From the human T2T-CHM13v2.0 reference genome, Homo sapiens: a stretch of 64,000 bases of DNA. Both the position numbers and the translations under genes were made by a program. Shown here piece by piece: positions 56,491 to 64,000 of this stretch. The notes under the pieces were generated by a model, which saw only the letters and a list, made by a program, of their open reading frames with translations, had not been told where the DNA came from and did no database searches. The first letter of the stretch is position 1; each line of letters starts with the position of its first letter. The stretch lies in the NCBI RefSeq assembly GCF_009914755.1, contig NC_060927.1; one strand, 5' to 3'.

Positions 56491-59400
56491 GGCTGGCACT
56501 CCTCCCACAAGTCTTGTCTTCCTCACGCCCCGGCTGATGGGCACAGCACTCTCTCTCACAAGTACACAGGCAGCTTTGGAGTCCTCGGCTTGCCACTGGA
56601 GGCTCCCAGCGATCGACGAGACAAGGCACTCTAAATGAACCTACTTACCGAGTGGAGAGTCCCTCCACTTCGGACCTGGGGGATTGGAAGCCTGGCAAGC
56701 AGGCCCTAGGTGTCTCGGTGCCTCCCGAGAGGAGCGGCTGGCCTTGGAACCCCACCTGGGCCAGAGACCCTGATGCCCCATGTGGAGCCTCAGCTTCTGC
56801 AACACCCACCCCTGCAGCCTCCCGTCACCTGAAGCCGGCCCAGCTCCTTGCTGCCCACCCACTATCTGTCCAGGCTGTCCTACTCCCACCAGGTGGGTGA
56901 GTAGGCTCCTGGTAGTCCTATGCTGCCAGGCTCCCGGCAGCTTCGCTGTACTTGGAAATAGCTTGACTAACACAGAGGCCAGGAAGGGGCCCATGATCAT
57001 CCTCTAGTTCAGGGGCACCACAGGAAATGGCCCTATTGTGCCACCATGACCTTGTGCAGCTGGTCACCCCCAGGAAGGCCCCGTTTCTGCTGGGCAGGCA
57101 GAACTGACTGTATTCCTTCCACTCCCTTTGCAGTCAGGCCTCCTTTCCTGCCTTTGCTGTGTGCCCCCTCTGCTTGTGAGCTTCCCCTCCTGGTCCCAGC
57201 TGGGAAGAACCTTCCTTGTTGCCCCTGCCCCAGCTACCTTCCTTTCTGGTAGGAAGCAACTGCCCCCTCCAGATGTTCATGGCACAGAGCTCAGCTTTCT
57301 GATGGAGACTGGCCTGCTGGGCTGGGGCCAGGCTCTGAGGCTCTGCCCCCACAGTTCCGGGAGCCCTCAGTGTCTGCCTCACAACCAGCATGGGAATGAT
57401 AGTAGCATCAGGAGTGACAACAAGGGTCCCATGGAATAAATGGCTTTCCCAAGCACCCTCAGCTGATTCCATTTGCCCCAGCCAGTGAAGTAGGCAGAGG
57501 ACAGCACTTCGCTAGCCATTTTAACAACGAGAAACTCAAGGGCCTCGTGGGCTAAGTGATTCTCCAGCATCACTGCCTCCTTCCCATGGCAGAGTCTCCT
57601 GGGCCTGCCTCCCTGGCTTGCCTGTGGCCCAGCCTATTTTGACACTTGCATTGCTTTATTATTTTGTAACAGAAAGTTCCCCTTTGGAGTCCGTAATTTC
57701 CTCTCTATAAGAGACAGAAAAAGACTCATTGTAGGGCACAGCCTGGTGAATCCGAAGGGCTAGGAAGATCCGGCATGTTCCGTCAGGTCCTTGAAACCAC
57801 ACTCCTGGGTGGACACACTTCCCTCCCTAAGGCGGAAGACCCCTGAGGGGCCACAGTCCCTAATCACTAAACAGTAGTACCTGCAGGTCTCATCCTGCTA
57901 CTGCCAATTATTTTGATAAGGTCATATTGAGAGACATTACATCCAGTGACAGGGTGTTTGCGGTGATTCATCTGTCTTCCCTTTTATTCGTTTTATGAAA
58001 ATTTTAAATGACAGCTGGGGCTCTGTTCTCAGAAATCTTGGTTACTAGAAAGAACTGTGAGTTTCTTAGAAAATAAGGACAGAACCTTAAGGCAAGTCTC
58101 AAATGAGCAGAGTGGAAACAAGGGCGTCTCCTGATGCTTCTCCTGGAAACAAAGCCCCAGCATCTGCCTACAATGCACCTGGGGCCATGTGGGCCAGATT
58201 AGAGTGTGCCATGAACACCCGCGGTATGGCAGGGCCTGGAGAACCCTGGCATTATCCTCACCATGCACAAATTCCCAGAGGCAAACACCACAGGCCACTT
58301 TGCACTTGCAAACACATAAAAACAAGATTGCTCAGATTCTCAGGAATAAAGGTGTTGGAGGCTCACTCTGCTCCCAGCTGCTCCTGAGCTCCAACTCTTT
58401 CAAGCCTGTCTTCTGGCTCTACAACCACCCACTCCAACCCACCTCACCCCAGCAAGCTCCCCACCTGGAAGATTCCAATTCCTCCTTCCAACCCGCTCAG
58501 ACACTCCCTCCTCCAGGCAGTCTTCCTTGCCTTCCCTCTGCCTGGCATCCCTTATCCTCATGACCTGCTCAACACACAGTGGGTTCAGATTCTGCTGCTT
58601 GCATGTCTCAGTCCCCTACCAAGGGACAAGTTTGTGAGAACAGGGCTCATGGCAGATTCACGCTGTCACCTCCTCCTTTTTGCAGGGCACCTGACACATA
58701 GTGGCAATGGAGCAGGGATTCAAAGAAGCCTGAGCTACATACCTGGTGTCTGTCTTCATGGAAATCGTAGTTTAGTGAAAGACAAATGATGACAAAGAAA
58801 GTGAATTTGAGGCTCCCTGAACATAGGCCAGACCATCCTTTCCTGAGAACTTCACAGGTAAGCTGGGATCTCACTGGTGAGGAGTATGAACTGGGCAAGA
58901 GGGTGTAAGGAACTTCTCAGCAAGAGGGATTCCCATGGAGAAGTCATCAACGTGGGACAGAGCAGCTTGTGTTGCTACCAAAGGCCAGGGGGTGCCCAGA
59001 CAGAGATGGGGCAATAAACAAGAGCTGAGAGACCATGCGCGCCCCAGCACAGGGAGCAATGCTGAGTGACAGATAAGCCCCATGTTGCAGGGCTGACCTC
59101 AGGGGTGCAGGGCTGGCCTGGGGGTGCTGTCTCCCCTGCTTCATGCCACCGTGGCTCTGTTCCGCATCCCACCCTCCCCTGGGTCTGGACTTAGGCTGAC
59201 AGAGCAGGCTCTACTGGACCTCTGCCTTTGTCACAGCAGTAGGAAAGGAAGAGTGTCCTGCCAGCGCTGGTGTCATAGTGTGCGCCTGTGCCCCTCTCAC
59301 TTGTCACCAGCCAACCCTCTGCCTTGCCTGAAGGCAACAAGGGGCAGGGCTGCCGGACCCTCTGACAGGGAGGGCACCACGACGAAGGGCACTGAGGGCA

Positions 59401-60934
59401 CGCAGTAATCCCGCTCACTCCATGGTCAAGAGTTTGATGTTTATTTCCTACGAGCACGGAAAATCCGCTGACTATGTTTTCCATGCCTTACCAATCACTC
59501 TGGTCCTAGTGAGGAGAACAACAGATTGAAACTGGGCAGGAGTGAGTGGACTTTGGGAGAAAAATGAGGAAGCCAATTTGGTTTTCCATGAAAAAATGAA
59601 GGACACAACTTTAAGACTAGGATCAGAGCAATGGAAACGGAAAAGCATGGATGGATTTAAAGACAAGAGGCAGCCTCGATGTGCACAGGGTAGCAGATGA
59701 GAGATGTGCGGCCCAGGATGGCAAGAGGAATGCAGCAGCCGCATGCCAGCAGCTTGCCAGCCATGGGGCCGTCTCCCGGGGAGTCCAGAGTGCCCAGTCT
59801 GTGTCTGTTCTTGTGTTCCCTGGGTTCTCCTAATAAACCTCCCTTCTTGCTTAAAATAGAAAGCAAAAAAGCATGAGCTAAGTAAGGGAGGGAGAAGACG
59901 GATAAATGAGGCAGGGAGCTGATGAGTGGACTGACAAATGACTGGCAGGTGACCAGGGGAATTCATTCATGTCCCCAAATGCTCAAGTGAGGAGAAACTG
60001 GACTCACCCAGAAGAAAAAGAAAGCCTCCTCACTGGGTATCCCTCAGAGGGACCCCTCCCCTCCTCGACCTACATATCAGGGGTCTGTGTTCTTCCTGGG
60101 AAATGCTGCCAATTTCAGGTGCGACAAAGAAAGAGGTTAGAGAAAGACGGAGAGGAAAGGGGAAGGACAGGGAGGTGGATGATGGATGGGCTCCATGGAA
60201 CCGTCACTTCATCTTCTCCTCCTCTCCCTGTGGCTTCTCGTTCAGAGGCCCAAACTTGACTGTCAGAGCTGGGAGAGCCAGGATGCACAAACACCCCAAA
60301 GGAGATTTTCGGCAGCAGCAGCAGCATCAGGCAACCACACAGGAACTTATAGCCTGGGGTTCATGTAGCCATAGAAGGGCCCAGATCCTCCCCTGTCTGA
60401 GTGACCTTGTCAGCCACGAAGAGGAAAGGTTTGAGACGCACAGTTGTGTGATCCTGGATTCAGCTCAGGTCATCCCCTCCATGGGTGCCTTGTGGTTCTG
60501 TCCGTGGTGCTGAAGCGCAGCTCTATGGCTGAAGAAACGCATTCTAAGACCATGCTACAGTATGTCAGAGCGCAGCGGGCTGCGGGAGTGCATTTACCCC
60601 AGGGCCTCACTTTGCTGATGACACAGCAGAAGCCCAGAGAGGGGAAGGGCTTCCCTGCAGGCTGCACAGGAGAGTCAGGGTGGGTGTGGAAGCAGCAGCC
60701 CCAGATGCATGCTCAGACACAGCCCCTTTCCTTTGGAAGCCACCCCAGGCCATGCCCACTGCCCAGAATAATCATCAGCTCTGAAACTCCAGACAGGTGA
60801 TTTCCCCAAGGATGTTGGATCCCGCACAGGTGGAGATGGCTTCCCAGCCCCACTGATCTCTCTGACCCACCTCTGGCTGCCTTCCTCCCTGCTGCCCAGC
60901 TCCCTCACCAGCCTGCTTTCCGATCCTCCAAGGA

Positions 60935-61230
60935 CAGAGATCTACAAACTACAGCCTGTAGGCCACATAGGGTTTGCTGCCCACTTTTGCAGGGCCCTTG
61001 AGCTAAGAAGGGTTTTTACATTTTTAAATGGTTGAAAACGTCAACAGAACACCATTTCATCACAAGTCAAAGTTCTGTGTAACTCCAGTGTCCATTGTTA
61101 TTGCAGCACATCCAGGCCCATTCATTTACTTGCAGTCAAGGGCTGTTTTTAAACAATGACAGAGCTGAGTAGTTGTGGCAAAGGCTGCATGGCCCACAAA
61201 GCCCGAACTGTTTACCATCCGGCTATTGCC
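60935..61230. mobile_element. MER58B-like
   Basis: caaactacagcctgtaggcca...gagctaagaagggtttttacatttttaaatggttgaaa...gagctgagtagttgtggca...ggcccacaaagcc. Confidence 0.85.
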
Positions 61231-61249
61231 TACTCCTCTAGGAACCCCA

Positions 61250-61600
61250 GGCTGGCTCCCACCTCAGGAGATGTGCACCAGCTGCCCCTGCCTGGGACAC
61301 TGTTCCCCTGTGTGCCACATGGTCCTTCATTTCCTCCTGTTCTCTTTGCAAATGTCACCTCTTCACAGGGCCCTTCTCTGTCCACCTTCCACACCTCCAT
61401 GGATGCCCTCCACCCCATCCCGTCTCTTTCTTCATCTGGACTCATCTGATCCGAATTGGTCTTCGATGTGTCTGTGCACTCCCTCTAGAGTGTCAGCTCC
61501 TGGAGGACAGGAATCCCATCAGCCTTGCTCCTCCCTGGATCACACCTAATGACAGGCTGGCACATGGAGGGCACTCAGTGCATGCTTGTTGACTGAGTAA
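61250..61600 (+). mobile_element. L2 3' fragment
   Basis: caaatgtcacctcttca, tgtcagctcctggagg, gctggcacatggagggcactcag. Confidence 0.7.
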
Positions 61601-61899
61601 CTGATGGCACCAGGAGAAGGAGCAGGCCTTGAAGCTGGGGGTGGTGGGGACCCCAAATCTTAGCTTCAGACAGAAGTCCCGCTCCTTTCTGGGATGGGTG
61701 AAATGGGGCCTGGGGAGGAGGTGGTCAGAGAGGGAAAAATGCCACCATGGATTCTGTTACACAGAAGCCAGCGGGTATGTGAGGAGGACAAAAGTATGCA
61801 CATCCAGGAAGTGATGCACAGAGGACGCAGAGCCTTGGCCCTGAACCTGCTCTCTCAGCCATCACGCCATCTCCCACCCAAACAGGGGAGCAGCTCCAA

Positions 61900-62310
61900 A
61901 TGCCCCTGGAGACAGTGGCCACATGACCTCGGCCTGACCAATCAGCAGAGCCAACCTCCATGGCCACAGTGATTGGCTAAGGTCTGGGCATGTGACCAAT
62001 CAGGTGGTGAGGGTCAGGGCAAGGGCTGGTAGTGGCAGGGAGAGAAGGTCCATTTCTGTTGGGTGGCTGGGGCTGTGGGTGCCGCCTCATCACTTTTGAA
62101 GGGAACCAGTCCACCTGAGCATGACACTCACACTGAGGGAAGGAAGTAGAGCCAGGGAGGGGTTGGGAAAGGAAAGTCCAGGTGACATCACTGAACACCC
62201 AGATGCAGCCTTGCCTGATGCCAGCTGCCCTTAGATTTTTTAGTTGCATAAATCATTCCTCCTGCTTCGGTTGTCTGCACCACTTTGAATTGGGTTTTCT
62301 GTCCCCGGTA
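61900..62310 (+). mobile_element. LTR16-family LTR fragment
   Basis: cacatgacc...ccaatcag...cacagtgattggctaagg...catgtgacc ... gaattgggttttctgtc. Confidence 0.7.
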
Positions 62311-63524
62311 GAGGGTTCCTACCATCTGGCTAAAGGGAGAGCCCTGCAGCTGCAACAATGTGGATTTAGGTGAGCTTCCAACAAGAATCCTGGATGACAC
62401 TGTGAGACTCCAAAACAGACTCCAAACAAGGCTTTAATCTTGAATTAAATCATGAATTCAAGCAGTATCTGTCGAGGGTGTGCTACAGGCTGGGCCACTC
62501 ACGGTACCCAAATGAATCCTCAGGGAAGTAACCCTGTCAAGGTACCAACCCCTGTCCCCTCTTTAGCCGACAAAACAGAGGCTCAGGACATGGAGGGAAC
62601 TAGACCACGGCCGGCGAGCATGCAGCTGGACTGCACGCCCGGGCTCTGGCTGCCTAGAAAGCCGTGTGCTGTGGCCAAACCCAGCCGTGGATGCCTGATA
62701 TCTGGTCACCGCCACGTGGCTGTCAGGAGACTCATGGCAGCCACCCACATCAGAGGGAGGCAGGGAGAGTGCGGCTTGAGTCTTTTCCAGGACATTTGTT
62801 CTTGTCCTGCCTTCACCACCTCCCCACGCCTGTCCTGCCTTTCCCTCCCTCGGCATGGCATCAACAGTCACACTCATGTGACCACACAGACAATCCCCAT
62901 TCACAGGGGAAGCCCTGGGGACATCTCCTTCCTCTGGGCCTTAAGAGACTTTACTCCCCCTGGGCACACCGGAGGCCTTTTCAGAATGTGCAGAAAGCCC
63001 ACCGCGTCCCTTCCATGCTGCCCCTGAAACTCATCTCCCACACTCCCTCCTCCATCACGTGGCTCCCACGGCTGCCACTGGAGAGACAGAGCTGACAAGA
63101 AATCCACAGCCCAGCACCTGGAGGCACGAAAAGGCCAGGACTGATAGCCCAGGAGCTCTGCTGAGAAGGAACACAGGCTTCCCACAGAAGAGGCTGGGGA
63201 GGCCTCTGAAGTCTGGAAGCAGCGCTTGGGCCGAAGCGAATCCACAGGCTTTTGATGGCGAGAGACTCTGGCCATGGCAGGGCTAAGGCGAGGTCCCTGA
63301 GATGTACTGAAGGCCCACTGTGGGCAGGCTCAGAGAAGAAAAGGCAGCGGCCAGTCCCGGGAGTGTTCACAGACCCAAAACAGATGGGCAGGAAGGCACT
63401 GCCAGTCAGGCAGAAAGCACCCATGAGCTGCTTCCACCTGTGAAGGGTGGGGGGGCTGGCATGAGCCCCCCCATCTGCTGAGGAATGAGTTAAGGGCAAA
63501 GATGAGTAACCACGCCTCAACGGC

Positions 63525-63990
63525 TGTATCAGTTAGGAACAGGTTGGCCTGCAATGACAGAAAACCCTATGAAGAGTAGCTTAGAACACAAAGGCATCTA
63601 AAGTGTGGTGATAATGATGACATGAAAGACATGAGCAGCCCCGGGCTTGGCTGGTGGCTCACTACTCTCATCAGTGACCCAGGGCCACCCAGCTGTCTAC
63701 TCCACCCCTAACAGAATGTTGATGTCACTCCCTCATGATCACAGTGTGGCTGCCCCACTCCAACCATCACATCTGCAGTCGGTACTCATGCCAGAAGCAA
63801 GGGAAGCATCTTCTTTTTGGCCACTTCTTTCTTTTCAGAAAAGACAATCCCTCACAGAAGCCCCCATAGGCTCCCTCTAATGTCTCACTGGCAGAACTGG
63901 CACAAGCCCCTGCCCCAGCCAGTCTCAAGCAGGAGGGAAAGAGACAGTCATGACCGACTTGGCCCAACCATGACTTTCCAAATTGAGCTT
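63525..63990 (-). mobile_element. Old MLT1 (J/K/L-like) LTR
   Basis: tgtatcagttagga...gcaatgacagaaaacc, gtggctgccccactcca, tgtctcactggcagaactgg. Confidence 0.7.
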
Positions 63991-64000
63991 CCACACGAAG

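Overview
Primate (most likely human) non-coding genomic DNA, judged from AluY/S/J elements and a FAM monomer. It is GC-rich and dense in interspersed repeats: about 20 Alus, several old L1M fragments including a ~6.7 kb minus-strand L1 carrying six Alus, many MIR and L2 pieces, MaLR and LTR16 solo LTRs, and hAT MITEs (MER5A, MER58, MER103-like). I find no credible protein-coding exon, RNA gene or CpG island. The ORF track is explained by chance GC-rich ORFs, Alu-derived frames and decayed L1 ORF2 peptides. I cannot name the locus and cannot support a new biological system. Two kinds of signal are not explained by repeat annotation. (1) Local template-switch or duplication scars: two long inverted repeats (~92% and ~89% identical arms), a 170-bp direct duplication, and two templated insertions with snap-back hairpins. 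(2) A series of AT-rich, non-repeat islands rich in homeodomain/PBX/TCF motifs, plus a CTCF-like site and an RFX-like site, suggesting an intergenic or intronic developmental regulatory landscape. Repeat subfamily calls come from remembered consensus motifs, and boundaries of old repeats are approximate.
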